This document shows positions 46,103 to 62,031 of a stretch of DNA of 64,000 nucleotides, in pieces (position 1 is the stretch's first letter; each line of letters begins with the position of its first letter). Source of the stretch: the human T2T-CHM13v2.0 reference genome, Homo sapiens; NCBI RefSeq assembly GCF_009914755.1, contig NC_060927.1; one strand, given 5' to 3'. The position numbers and the translations under genes are program-made. Under the pieces are notes generated by a model. It did no database searches, was not told where the DNA came from, and saw nothing but the letters and a program-made list of their open reading frames with translations.

Positions 46103-48149
46103 CAGACACCATTCACTCTTTACATCTTAATAGCACACTCTGTGTATATTATGTATGTTTGCTATTAGCATAATTGAAAGTATGGAACATATGAGAAGTT
46201 GGCACCATCCTAGATATGCTACTAATTGATTGAATTAGTCACTAGCCTCCCTAGCCCTAAGTTCTAGCTTCCCCCGCAAATTCCTTCCAGTATTTCTGAG
46301 GTTACTCCTAGCTCCCTTTCAGAATTCTTCTTGCACTAGTAGTGTTACAGGATTACCTTTAAACTCCTTTGCATTTTTTAATAAGATATTTGCAAACCGA
46401 GACTGTATTTGTTACTTAGGTCAGCACCTTTTTTTCTTACCTCTTTCAGTGAGGTTTGCTCAAACATTTGCCAAACAATTAGATACACGTGTCATAATAC
46501 ACCCAATTTTTTAAGTGTTTTGAAACATTGTTAAATGGTTCTTAGGAAATGTTGCATATTTCCATCAGGGAAATACAAACATGGACAATATTTTAAGTCT
46601 AATGGTTTTAGAAGCTTTTGCTCTTCTGAGAAAGCCTTTCACTAAGATGCAATAGACATTACAAAGGTGTATTCTGAGATGCTAAGTACATTGTAAATGC
46701 TCTGGGCATCCATTTCCCCATCTTCACTATAAAGTTGAATTACATTAATATGCATATCCATTTAATAGAAATTCAGTGTTATGTATAAAGAGTATCTATG
46801 TCTATGTATTTATGTATGTGTGTGTGTGTACTTGGCCAACAAGTCAAAATATAACCCTTACATCTGTACAAGAAGAGATTTTCTTTTGTAGTTAGGTAAA
46901 AGAAAGTTATTTATCATGCAACGACGCAACACTTGATGTTTCAGGGCCTGAGTCAATAGGGAGGCCATAGTCATCACAGAAGTCCTAAGAACAGAAATTA
47001 TGTGAGAGAGAAAAAGAGAGAGAATAAGAACTATTCCAATCCTATCTAGCTCAATTCCTCTGAAACAAGGAGTAATTAGGTATGTTTTGCGTTTATTCCA
47101 AGACAGCAGGCTTTATTTTCCTGTAAACATATCAGACTTTCTTGAATGAATGAGAATAACCTGTCTTCAATAGGAAGCACAGCCAAAAAAAACCTCAGAA
47201 ACTTCTTAGGTTTCTGAGTGGATAGTTCAGTCATATAGGTCTGTGGCTATGTGATTAAAAACTTGCTTCCACTTGTCCTGGTAATCTCTTTTGTTTCAGT
47301 CTTTTCAGCAGGTTTGTTTGCTTGCCTTCCTCTTGGCTGGCTGTCCAGTCTTTCACCAGTATGACCTCACAACTTGCCTTCCCTCCAATTGTTCTGTTCT
47401 GAGTTACTCAGCTGATCATGCTTACCTTGAATCTCAGTAAACTTGGGTCCAGATGCCAATGCCCTGTCTTGGATTCTGGGTATATTTTCTGGGATTCTAG
47501 ATGTATAGCACATATTTTAACAGGATAAACGTAAGAATTTTAAAACTAGGACAGAAGTAACTAATACTTTGGAGAAAAGGTAGATGAAACAATTTGCCTT
47601 TCATTACAAATAATTCTAGTAAGTTGAAAAAAATAATTACCAGTTTGGTGAAGGAAATGTCACATGGTGGTTTGGCTTCCAATCAGGCAGTTAAAAATTT
47701 TTCAGCTAATAAGTAAAACTGTGAAATTAAAACAAAAAATACCTCAAACTTGACAAGGATTGGGAAATGTTAATAGTAATATTCAAATTTGTAATCAGCA
47801 GGAGGGTAAAAATCAAAGGGCTATTCAATCATTATTAAAGAAATAGTTCATGAATTTATTATAGACTAATCTCATTTTCATTTCTGATTGGTAGTTTAAG
47901 GCAAGTTATACATAATAAATATGAATGTGAGCCATGCATTTAACATAGTAATTCATAAGCTTTTGAATGATTGTCCTCCTCCACTGAGTGTACACACAGC
48001 TTTGGAAGGAACACACAGAGAGCAGACTGGGAAGAGGGAATATCTGTAGTGTCTACTAGAGAAACAGAACTGATTGAGGCAACAGATAGGATGGTTACAG
48101 CTTGACAGCCCTCACAGCCCTGTCATGATAAGATACAAGAACACACTGG

Positions 48150-48795
48150 ATGCTAGTAAAGTACAGTGAATTGAGGGACAGGTGATTGCTGATTAATGGA
48201 TCATTGTCTATGATGATAAGGTTTCGAACAGTATGTTTCAGAGCTCTGTTCCTTTAAAAATGTCTCATCCAACAGTTTTATCAATGGCTTTTCTGCACAC
48301 GGAGAAGTCGTGATCATTTTATTTGTGAGTGACACAAATCTAGATTGGTAGGTAATACATTGGATGCAAAATTTTTTTTTGATTCTAGAGCTCTTGCTCA
48401 GTTGGAAGAATGGCCTGAATCAAACAAAAAAGAAATTAATGGATAATATGAAGTTCTACTTCTAAACTTTTAAACAATTCAATGACAAAACAAACAGAAC
48501 CTCCAGATAAAATAAAATTAAAATCAATGAATAAATGTATGTCAGTTGATGTAAAAATATTTTGGAGGACCTGCATATCTCTAAGATTGACACAAATTAA
48601 TATGATCCATAACTAACACAAATGAATTTAGGATGCACTGATGGAGACATAGTGTAGAGAACAAGGCTAGATTATACTGTGAACTCTACTAATGAATTTG
48701 AGGTGCATTCCAGGAAACATAACATACGGAACAAAATTAAATTCAGTCTATTCTACTTTGGATTCAGCTTTGCAAATCACATTTTAAGGAAATGG
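48150..48795 (+). mobile_element. CR1/L3-like LINE remnant
   Basis: ttttatcaatggc...tttgtgagtgacacaaatcta resembles the CR1 RT (FADDTKL) region. Confidence 0.5.
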
Positions 48796-48800
48796 CAGAC

Positions 48801-49477
48801 TGCGATGGTTAATTTTGGGTGTCAACTTAACTGATTTAAGGGTCATGCAGATAGCTGGTAAAGCGTCACTTATTCTCCGTGCTTCAGTAGGCACTGAGCC
48901 CATCCCTTTTCTGCTAAAAGAGAAACCCAGGTTGTTTGACATTTGATTAGAATAATTGGGCTGCCCCAGGTGTGTCTGTGAGGTGTTTCTGTAGGAGATT
49001 GGTATGTGAGTCAGCAGATTGAATGGGGAAGAGCCACCCTTATATGGGCAGGCACCATCCAATTGAGTGGGAGTGGTAGTGATGAGGGGCAGTGCCCAGG
49101 CAGAAGAGAAGGATAGAGAAAGGGCAAATTAGAGCCCTCTCTTCCAGAGCCAAAGCACCCTTCTTCTCCCACCCTTGGATGTCAGAACAGGCAATTTAGT
49201 CCTTAGACTCCAGATCTTGCCCCAGCTGTACCCCAGCCCCTCAGGTCTTCAGTCTCAGACAGTTACACCATAGGCTTCCTTGGTTCTAAGGCATTTAAGC
49301 TTAGACTGAGGGAGTCATGCTACTGGCTTCCCTGGTTTTCCAGCTTGCAGACAGCCCATGGTGGGACTTTTCAGCTTCCTCAAGTGAGTGAGCCAATTCC
49401 TCTAATAAATCGCATCTCATATATCTCTCTACATATATCCTATTGGTCCTGTTTCTCTGGAGAATCTGACTGAAACA
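48801..49477 (+). mobile_element. MLT2B-like ERV-L solo LTR
   Basis: tgcgatggttaattttgggtgtcaactt...tcctattggtcctgtttctctggagaatctgactgaaaca. Confidence 0.9.
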
Positions 49478-49688
49478 CTAAATGTGTTTATTAGGATGAT
49501 GAAACAAAGATGCTATATGAAACACCTCAGTGAAATAGGTATTAAAACACATTTTTAATAGTTATGCATGGGAGAAGATAGCAAGGATCAATGGTAAGGC
49601 CTGAGTAGGACATAGCCAGTGACTCACTTGGGCCCAAGTAGAAGGTGATGCCAGGAGAAAACAGTGTGTATTTAAAATCCATGCCTGT

Positions 49689-50034
49689 TGATATGGTTTG
49701 GCTCTGTGTCCCCACCCAAATCACACCTTGAATTGTAATAATGCCCATGTGTCAAGGGCAGGACCAGGTGGACCAGATCATGGGGGCAGTTTCCCTCATT
49801 CTGTTCTTGGGATAATGAGTGAGTCTCATGAGATCTGATGGTTTTATAAGCATCTGGCATTTCCCCTTCTTGCACTCATTCTCTCTCCTGCCACCCTGTG
49901 AAGAGGTGCCTTCCACTACGATTGTAAGTTTCCTGAGGCCTCCCCAGCCATGCAGACTGTGAGTCAATTCAGCCTCTTTAGAAATTAACCAGTCTCAGGT
50001 ATTTTTGTATAGCAGAGTGAGAACAGAGTAATAC
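49689..50034 (+). mobile_element. THE1C/D-like solo LTR
   Basis: tgatatggtttggctctgtgtccccacccaaatc...tgtaagtttcctgaggcctccccagccatg. Confidence 0.9.
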
Positions 50035-50319
50035 CCCCATCAAATGACAACTTTGCTCAGGAAGTGTATTTTAGTTACAGCTGTTTATCAGTTGAGACTA
50101 GACTACCCAGAGGGAACATATAATTAAAGCAAAAATAGGTAAGTTGCTGCAGGGAAGCCAGGAATTATCAATAACATACCTTCAATGTCAGAAATGATTT
50201 TTCTGACGATGTCTAAATGTGGTAGATTACACGTTATTCCAAATTATCAGAAAAATCATCTCTGACATTTAAGGTACACCTTTCACAGGAAGGCCTTGCA
50301 GTCCCATGGCCATCAGCAG

Positions 50320-50670
50320 AGATATATAATCTTTCAGCGAGAGCCAAACGATTTGCAGTACTTCCTTGTGAGAAGAATGTTCTTTTCTTTAGGCCTGGCC
50401 ATGTGACTTGCTTCAGCCAATGGAATGTGAGGGGTTGTCACATATGAGATATTGGAAAGAAACTTGAAGGGCTACTGGGAGTTTCCAGAACTATATCTTT
50501 ACCTTTGCCAAGAGGACAAGATGGAAATGGCATATCGTCCTGGATCCCAGGTGTCAAGACATATGGAACACAGCTGCAGACTTGCTACAGATGCCCAGCT
50601 GAACTATAATGAGAAGAATAAATAAACCTTTATAGTTGTAGGCCATTAAAATTTAGTGGTGTTTGTTACT
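50320..50670 (+). mobile_element. Old MLT1 LTR
   Basis: ggccatgtgacttgcttcagccaatggaatgtga...aataaacctttatagttgtaggccattaaaattt. Confidence 0.7.
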
Positions 50671-51395
50671 GAAAACTTACCTGGAAAAAATATGACTGAT
50701 GACACAGCACAGAAGCCAGGGAAAATAGCTGTGACTGGTCCCTGAGGTGAGGCCCTGGGATAGGCTACATCAAGTTTCCTTGATGTGATTTGGCTGGTTA
50801 AGCTTAAATAAGATGCTTGCAACACTACAGCCTTGTAAACAGAAGACCTAGAGGAGACAGGATAACTGACTACACAGGTCTAAGAGGATTTAAAATTATT
50901 TAATTGTCTCTAGAAGGTAGGTCTAGAGAAAAGACAAGTAGCATGGACTTCTTTTGAGGTAGGATACTTCCCATTACTAAAGCCAAGTAGAGATGGAGTT
51001 CCTGATTTCTTAGGATTTGGGGAGAAGAATCACAGGAAAGCATTAGGGCAGAATGATTCAATAAAACTCTACACTGTAATGCAATGGCTAACATTTCTTC
51101 ATATGGTTTTTGTAAAAGGCCAAAATACTTGCCTAAGTAAAATGGAAAAGATGGTAAAATTTAGCTTTCATTTATCTCCTCTCTAAGTGTCCTTTGCCTG
51201 TTATCATTTACTAGCAAAAGGAAACACGAGGACTTTCCTACTGCTTCTTTCTCTACCTTAAACAAGAGATCTGTACACATAATTAAGGTCATGAAGTCCT
51301 TGTCATAGAAGAGCAAATAATTGGTCTAAGCTTGGTTCTGCTTTACATGTATATTATTCCCTAGGACAGATCACTTTAAGCTCCCTGAGCTTGGA

Positions 51396-51719
<324 letters not shown>

Positions 51720-51722
51720 GGC

Positions 51723-51879
51723 TTATTTTTATTGTTTTATTTTTTCTTTTTAATTGTTTGTAGAGATAGGGTCTCCCTTTGTTGCCTAAGCTTGTCTAGA
51801 ACTCCTGGCTTCAAGCAATGCTCCTGCTTTGGGCTCTGAAAGTGCTGAGATTATAGGCCATGAGCCACCACGCCCAGCC
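51723..51879 (-). mobile_element. FLAM/AluJ monomer; both Alus are nested in a MIR (~51320-52020)
   Basis: Monomer ending gccacca...cagcc; agcttgg repeated at ~51389 and ~51883; MIR core on both sides. Confidence 0.8.
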
Positions 51880-52671
51880 ATAAGCTTGGCTTATTAAGTA
51901 GGAGTTATTAAATTTCTCCTGCCTACTTCATAGTGATGTTGTAAGGATGAAACATAATAATATAGGTAAACACATTTGTTAAAAATTTAGGGGTACTCAA
52001 ATGTAGACAGTTATTATCATTGCCTTTATTGTCATCATTATCATCATCATCACACTATACATAATTATACTCTAAAAAAAGATTACATCCTGATAACAAT
52101 ATTAAGTAGAAAGAAATGGCTACTCACTGTGAAAATATAAATGGGGATAATTATTTTCCCAATAGAGAGGAGATGCTTACTAGGAGCTCTCAAACTACAG
52201 TACTTAGGTAGCATTGTTTCCTTTCTATCTGTAACGTTTTCTTTAGTAAAAAAAGCAATTATTTAGTCACTGAAGCTAGGCAACAAGGATATGTTCAAAT
52301 ATTCTCCCTAGTAATTCCTTTATATAATATAGAGTATATATATGATATAAAATATTTAATGCATGTTTGCTACTCATTGGTATTAATCAAGGGTCATCAT
52401 TCTTCTTTATGATTTATGAAAAAAGTAAGGGACCACAGTGAGTTGATCAATAACAAAATGTGACAATGTAGAAGGCAGAATGAAACTGTGAAGCAATCTG
52501 GGAAAATTGAAAGCATGCTTTATACAAATGCAAGTTGGTAGTAATCAAAGGATTCTAAAAGTAATTCAGAGACACACCATATGGAAAGTTGATGCTGGAC
52601 AAAATGTGGTGTTTGGCACTGTCCAATTCTATTTTGTGCTAATTTCTGACTTTCTAGGACTGTTATCGCGT

Positions 52672-53038
52672 AACATCTTAGCCTGTTCAGAGTGCTATAA
52701 AGAAGTGCTATAAACTGGGTGGCATGTAAACGACAGAAATTTATTTCACCCACTCTGGAGACTGGGAAGTCAAAGATCAGTCTCCTGGCAGATTTCATGT
52801 CTGGTGGGGGTCTACTTCCTGGTTCATGGAAGGGCACCTTCTCTCTATGTCTTCATGTGGTGGAAGGGGTGAAGGAGCTTGCTTGGGCCTATTTTATAGG
52901 GGCACTAATTCCATTCATGAGGACTTGTCCTAATGACCTAATCACCCCCCTAAAGGCCCCACCTCTCAATATCATCACCCTGGGGTTTAGGATTTTAACA
53001 TAGGTTTTGAGGGGACACAAACATTCAGACCATTGCAC
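52672..53038 (-). mobile_element. MLT1A-like LTR
   Basis: aaactgggtggcatgtaaacgacagaaatttatttc...ggggacacaaacattcagaccattgca. Confidence 0.85.
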
Positions 53039-55671
53039 AGAATCTTCAAGTACCATGTACACTCATTCTTCGACCCTGGTACATGTTTGCGTGCTGTGTT
53101 CAGCTTTTTCCAGCCCTTATCCTTACTCTCATCCCCATAAACTCCCAAACTACTAAATTGCCTTCCTCTTCCCCATCAAATTCCTCCTTGCCCCAGTATT
53201 ATTTATTTCAGGGGAGCTATTCAAGTGACCTGCTAATATGTAACTGATGACCAGGGGTTATGGCATTGTGAAATAGGCTGTTTACGAATAAATTTAAGGT
53301 AAAATTTCAGACAGTATGAAAAAGTTAAATGAATTACTAACAGTAGTGGAGATACAATATCTGAGGCCAGGTAAGAGTTAAATGTCAATGTAATCAAATT
53401 ATAAAATTAGCCTAATTTGAGGTATTATCTGAATATTTACAACAATATCAGGAAGATGTATGGACTATTGGGGTCAATCCTTAAAAAGAGATAAATTAAG
53501 GATCAAGCACTATAATTAGGAAAGACTTTAAATTGGTTTCTTCTTCTTTTCAGCACTTACTAGATGGGAGATAAATTTTTGCTGTTATTGTTATTGTTCT
53601 GGCATTTATGCAGTTCTTTCTCACCGTTTTTAAGTACCATCTATCTTCATGTACAAAGTTAGCAGCAGCTGATGCATATTTGGTATGAAATATATACTTT
53701 TCATGGGCAATATACATTTGAAGAGAGTTTGATAAGCACAATTTTAAAAAAGATTTTTTTTAATGCCTACTGTATTCTCTTTACAATGTGTTTGAAATAC
53801 TGAAAATTTATTCATGTTATGATAGAAGGAAATGTAAGTTTAAAAATAGTTAATGGTTTTATTTATTTTCTCCTCTCTATTTACTGTATATTGTCAAAAT
53901 GGATGTGTGGTGGTGTAATAAATGTAACCAATTTCTTGAAGCTAATAACTAATCCTGAGTGAATCTGAGCCAATGCTATAGTCCATTAACTTTCGAACTA
54001 TGGTTATAATTTTCTTTAACAGACCCAGATACAGGCTATATTTTATCATTATCATAAACCTGGAGAGGAAACTGAAAGTAGAGAGAGATAGAGGTTTACA
54101 TAGTTCACACAAAGGCTCTTGTTAAAGGCAAAAAGTCATAGATTAAAAATCTAAACCTGCTTTATGGTTCTCTATCCTCCTTGACTATGAAATATACAGG
54201 ATTCTTAAGCACGAGGTTCTTATGGAAATAAGTCAGGAAAGAACTAGGACTCAACAACAGTACAAGCAACAGAAAATAAATGGTCTTTAAAGCCTTAGTA
54301 AATGCACATGTCGCTGCCACTAACTAGATTATATGAAAAAGAACAGAAGGTACCCCTACTCAACCAAAATATTTTGATTTAATACCAAAGCACAAAAAGG
54401 CACATCTCAAGTGTTAGCAATACCTTAAGCTTTACTATTTAAAAAGAATTATTTGGATTGTAGCCACATTTAAAAGAGAAAACCAATATAAATCAAATGC
54501 CCTTTCTTTTCTGGTGCACAGCTTATAGAAATATGTTTATTTTTGCATCCCTGTATTTGCATACATACCACTCTTCTTGTTTCTTTGATAAAAGTTTTAT
54601 GGGCAATAAATTATAAATCATGCTTATATATAATTTATCCCTTTAAATACATATTTTATTTTTTGGCTTTTTAAATGAAAACTGTCTTTAGCTTTGTATT
54701 TTTAAGAGATTCAAATTCAATACTTTAAGAAATTCATGAATAAAGCATGTTTCAACCTTAATTTACATTTTTATAGTGTCTGCTGAAGAACAGTATAGAT
54801 TTTGCTTTCTGAGTGTACTCTTTCAAGCAGACACGATTCCCTTAAGAATAAGCCTTCAGAAAATTCACTTGCCCTTCATAAAACATACATTTCATTATCT
54901 CCCTATAAATTGGACACTTCCCTAACATGGTTGTGCATTTGTGTCTACTCCCTGAATATTGTAATATCCCCTAGTTCACATACACACACTAATACAAACA
55001 GAAAATGGCCATTTTATTGTGTTGAATTCAATGGCAAGTGACCTGACATGAATCCAAAATGCATTTTACCTCCAAGAAGATAATCTTGATATTATTCAAT
55101 CCTTTAAGTAAGAAAATGATGTGGGAGATTAGTTTTCCTTAACTCTAATCACATTTTAGACTTGGTTTAATGTTATTAGATTGCTTAAAGTAGCTATTAT
55201 TTTAGAATATATTTAGAATACTGAACCAAATAACTTGTTGATAAACTACCTAGGAATAGACTTCTCATACTCATAAAATCTCACGATTTTATTTAATTTT
55301 TTGGAAAATAAAGCTAAGGAACATAGTTCATCTAGATTGGCTCATTGAGACTCAGATACTGGCAAAGCATAGATAACATCCTCTTTTCTCTTAGTCCATT
55401 TCCCATAGGCCTATTTCTTAGCAATCATTGCTTTATGAGGCTTTTGTTTTGTAATTAGGTTGCATTTCCCTCGAGGCTAGAGCTTTGAATAAGAGGAAAA
55501 AAAAAAAGATATTACCTGGGAGGAAAATCCTATTGTACATGGACTAAGGTTAGCAACCTCAACATTCATCCTCTTTCATGCATTCTTCCTCTTTATTACT
55601 GTAAGAATGCTCTATAGTGACAATGATTTTTTTAATAATATCTCACCTTCTGACTGAAATACCTTTGTTTC

Positions 55672-57958
<2,287 letters not shown>

Positions 57959-58085
57959 TGCTTTGGCTCTAGTACTTATTAGATGCCCCACAAATATTTA
58001 TTTAACAAATAAACAACTGAATGGCAGCATGTCATCTGCTCCCTTGCCTGCTCTTTCATCTGGACTTGTACTCTGTTATAAGTGG

Positions 58086-58522
58086 TGTGTAACTTTGTTA
58101 GGGCTGCTGCAAAACAACAACACAGATTTATTCTATTACAGTTCTGGAGGCCAGGGGTCTAACATAAGGCTTTGGCAGGGCAATGCTCCCTCTCAAGGCT
58201 CTAGAGGAGAATGCCTCTTTGCTTCTTTTAGCTTCTGGTGGCTCCTTGCATTCCTTGTTTTATGGCAACATAACTTTAATCTCTGCCTCTGTCTTCATGC
58301 CTTTTTTCCTTGTATCTTTGTGTCTCAATTCTCCTTCTTCTTTTCTCTTATAAAGTTACCTGTTGTTGGACTTAGGGCCCACCCTAAATCTAGGGTGACC
58401 TCATTTTTAAATCCTTAATTTAATTATATCTGCAAAGACCTCTTTCCAAGTAGGATCACATTCATAGGATCTAGGGATTAAGGCTTGAACATATTTTCAG
58501 AATCACTGTGTAACCTACTACA
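58086..58522 (-). mobile_element. MLT1C-like LTR
   Basis: agggctgctgcaaaacaac...ttctggaggccag...tagggcccaccctaaatc...aacctactaca. Confidence 0.85.
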
Positions 58523-60747
58523 GAGTGAGGCTGATTAATTTGATAGATTTGTGGGACTACTGGTATAAACTAAGCTGCTTCGGGGTGAAGATGAAAAGTG
58601 TTGTGTGGAGTGAGAATTTTTTTTTCTACTGTTACATGGAATCCAGTAGTCATCTGGGGGCTGGTGGCATTGCTGACATAAGGAGGTAATTGCCTTTGGT
58701 ATGGACGTTGGTGTTCTTTCAGTGGCAGAAGCTGAAAACTCCTGATGTTCCTTTCAGCTGCTTCACAGGGAGAGGACACGGGTGAACAAAAGTTTGAGTA
58801 GCGAAAGACACCCGAGGAGACTGTAGCTGAGAGAGGTTTCTGTGGAGTTTCTGAAATGACAGGGTGACAGCTTGAATGAGGATATTGGTGAACTCAGATC
58901 CACTAGGGATGGGGAATAAATTTAAGGGTGAACCTAGTTTCATCCACAGCCTGGTAAGAACAGGTGACATTTAGGTTACAGCTATAATTCACATAAAAAT
59001 GAGTATTTTATGATTATATGAAATAAAATACAAGGAATTTTCAATTAATCACATTAATGTGAGCAGGACAATTTGAATAGTTGAAGTTCACAGAATCTTC
59101 CACTTAATTTTAGCCTTAAATTCACCATTTTTTCCTCATTAACATTACTATAAAACAAAATCGAGTGATTTGGGTCTCTCTCTTTGATTGAAATCTCCTT
59201 CTGGTGAGGCTAATTAGAAATAGCAATATTAAAAAGCATAATCAGTCTTATATTTAAGTAGAATAACTCCTTTGACTTGACTAACAGCCCACTATGATGT
59301 CCTAAATTACCCAGGGTTAAAATAGAAAATATCACTGGAAAGTAACGTATTTTCTATTTTCAGCCATTTGTACTTTTTTTCTGATACTTTTCAATACGAA
59401 ATTACAGGAGCAATAGTCTTCTGTGCAAAAGAGTTAAGTTAGTATGGTAGATGGGGTTAAAACCCCACAAAGAACAAGGGCAGTGAAATCAGAATTCCCG
59501 TGTTGAGCACTAAATAGTCACAGAAGTTTGAGTAAATCACTTAATCTTTCTGATAAATTCAAAGAGCTCTCCCAGCTCTACTACTCTGTGATTCTAAAGA
59601 GGAAAGATATATTAAGATCTGTCTGACTTTTGCAACAGTCTCTTTGGAGGGCAGATTTTTTATGTAGGGGTTCTGTATACCAAATGAGGGGTTCTGTATA
59701 CCAAAGGATCAACTGAAAGGTTTTGGCAAGGCTCCTGGAATCTATAAGAGATGATTTCACAAGGAGTCTCACACAGAACCAAAGTTAAATTAGCCCACTT
59801 TGCCTGAAGCCAGAGAGTGACGCAGAAAGAGAGAATAAAAGGAGTAGAAGTTATTAGATCTCATACATAGAAGAAAATAAGTCTATGCAGTAATTCCTTT
59901 CCCAAAAATTTACTAGTTAAATATTGGAAACTAGTATTATGCTTGTGAAGGCTCTACCATTTCTCAGTCCTCTTATTATCTCTTGAAAGCTATGTCCAGA
60001 TTTGGAATGTGTGTATGCTATGTGAAGAGTTGGCACTTGGTTCTCCTTCCTCCTTTTGTCTCTCTCTCTCTCTTCTGCCCTCCCTTTCCTCCTTTATTCT
60101 TTGTTTCCTTTTCTACATTAAGCCTATTGAATAAGAAACAAGGACTTTCCTCAATCTTGAAGGTGATTTACTGAGGGCTCCTTTGCACATCAGAAGTGAG
60201 CATTTCTTATCACTCATTTATAGCATGTACTTTAAATTTACATTAATAACTTGGAATCTATACTAATTGAAAAAAAGAAAGCAAATATTGGTAACAATTT
60301 ATTTAAGATAAATATTTAAAAACTGGAAAGTCTTTCTTTTGTGACCAGACTAAGCTAAGTAGTAAAATAAGAAAGGTTCTTACCAATATTTAATATCAAA
60401 ACCAGTTCTCTGCTTTAAAACATAATTTTAGATAAGCTATATTCTCTTGTATTTTTTGGCTAAACCAGAGATACCTGGTCCATTTTGCTAAGTCATTACA
60501 CAATCACTACATTATGAAATATGAAGACATTTTTAAAATAGATATTAAAATTAAAAGAAGAAGTTTTGAAGGTAATAAACAGAAAGAAAAGTGGAAAAGA
60601 TCAACTTTACAAACATACACAGCATGGCAACAATAATACTTGCATATTCCAAGCAGCAGTTGGATACATGTAATTCATATTTTTTGGAAGAAATAAATTT
60701 GAAATGTTCAATAATATTTTACCATAATAACCAGACTAAAAGACTGT

Positions 60748-61554
60748 TGAAACCACCTTTGTAAAAATTATAACAATGAGAGAACTCTAACCCGACTCCA
60801 TCTTGTTTCTGACCTCAAAAGCTAACTACCTTTACTCATCCTTGGGCACAGACCAATCTAACTGTGGGAAGAATTTAGTTTATAGTTTAACGTTGAAGCA
60901 GGGATGATAACAACTCCTCCCAAAACTGACTCCCTCCAGGGACTAAAACCACCTTTGTAAGACTAATGAAAGGCCACAAGGATAGGATTACGAGAGGGGC
61001 CTGAGTTCTGCTAAGATGTAGGTATAGTTAAATAGCGACCCCTTGTTCCTTAGCTTGCTTTTCTATAATCTCTTACTTTTCAGGAGTCATGTAGCTGGAG
61101 GTCACAAGATTTCTAACTTTCTAATTGCTCCTGTGGAGAACATCGCTATTGTAAAACCTAAGATTGAGCTTTGAGATATATTCCAGAATTTTGCATTCTG
61201 GCAACTGATTGACTTAACCCGGACGGGACCCATGACTCATACCAAGGAACTGATTCACCAGTTCTGTGACCCCCCCAACCCAGAAACTGACTCAGTATGC
61301 AAAGTCAGTTTGGACACTTCGATGATTTCATCCCCAGTCAATCAGCACACATTTCCCATCCCCCTGCCCTCCAAATTTTCCTTAAAAAACCCTAACCTCT
61401 GAGCTCTTGGGGAGGTGGATTTGTGAAAAATCTCCCACCATCCACCTCGGTTGGCCCTACAATTCTTGAACTCTTTCTCTTACTGAAACTCCTGTTGTTC
61501 CCAGTGTTTGGATTTTCTGAGCAGTGGGCAAGAAGAACCTGTTGGGCTGTAACT
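60748..61554 (+). mobile_element. LTR8-family ERV1 solo LTR
   Basis: tgaaaccacctttgtaaaaattataac...ccgactccatcttgtttctgacctc...gttgggctgtaac. Confidence 0.8.
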
Positions 61555-61837
61555 CTAGATGTACCTACCAATTTTACATCTGGGATGCTATCCTAAGGTA
61601 ATTAGAGATATTCAATATATAGATAATAAATGACCACAATTATTTAATAATTTCTCACCCTTCCTGAAATTGACATATTGCCAGGCATTGACTACATACT
61701 TCTTCTAGATCATTTTCTTCAATATTTACAATCTTTGCAATGCCCCTGGTCTCTTCTGGTTTCACAGAGCAAAAAATTGCCCATAAAATTAGAGACACAG
61801 AAGCTGATACAGAGGATCACAACTTATCAGTGAGGGA

Positions 61838-62031
61838 GGTGTTTCCCCACACAAGCTCTCTCTTTGCCTGCTGCCATCCATGTAAAACATGATTTGCTCC
61901 TCCTTGCCTTCCACCATGATTGTGAGGCCTCCCCAGCCATGTGGAACTGTGAATCCATTAAACCTCTTCCCTGTATCAATTACCCAATCTCAGGTATGTC
62001 TTTACTGGCAGTGTGAAAATGGACTAAAACA
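61838..62031 (+). mobile_element. THE1B-like LTR, 3' half only
   Basis: caagctctctctttgcctgctgccatccatgtaa...gaggcctccccagccatgtggaactgtga...ggactaaaaca. Confidence 0.85.

Noticed and set aside
59666-59705. Two-copy 21-bp-period tandem repeat (a similar one lies at ~63327-63366)
   Set aside because: Ordinary small tandem duplications.
60197-60208. 12-bp inverted match to the orphan piece at 57325-57336
   Set aside because: Too short and does not extend into the rest of the orphan; compatible with chance.
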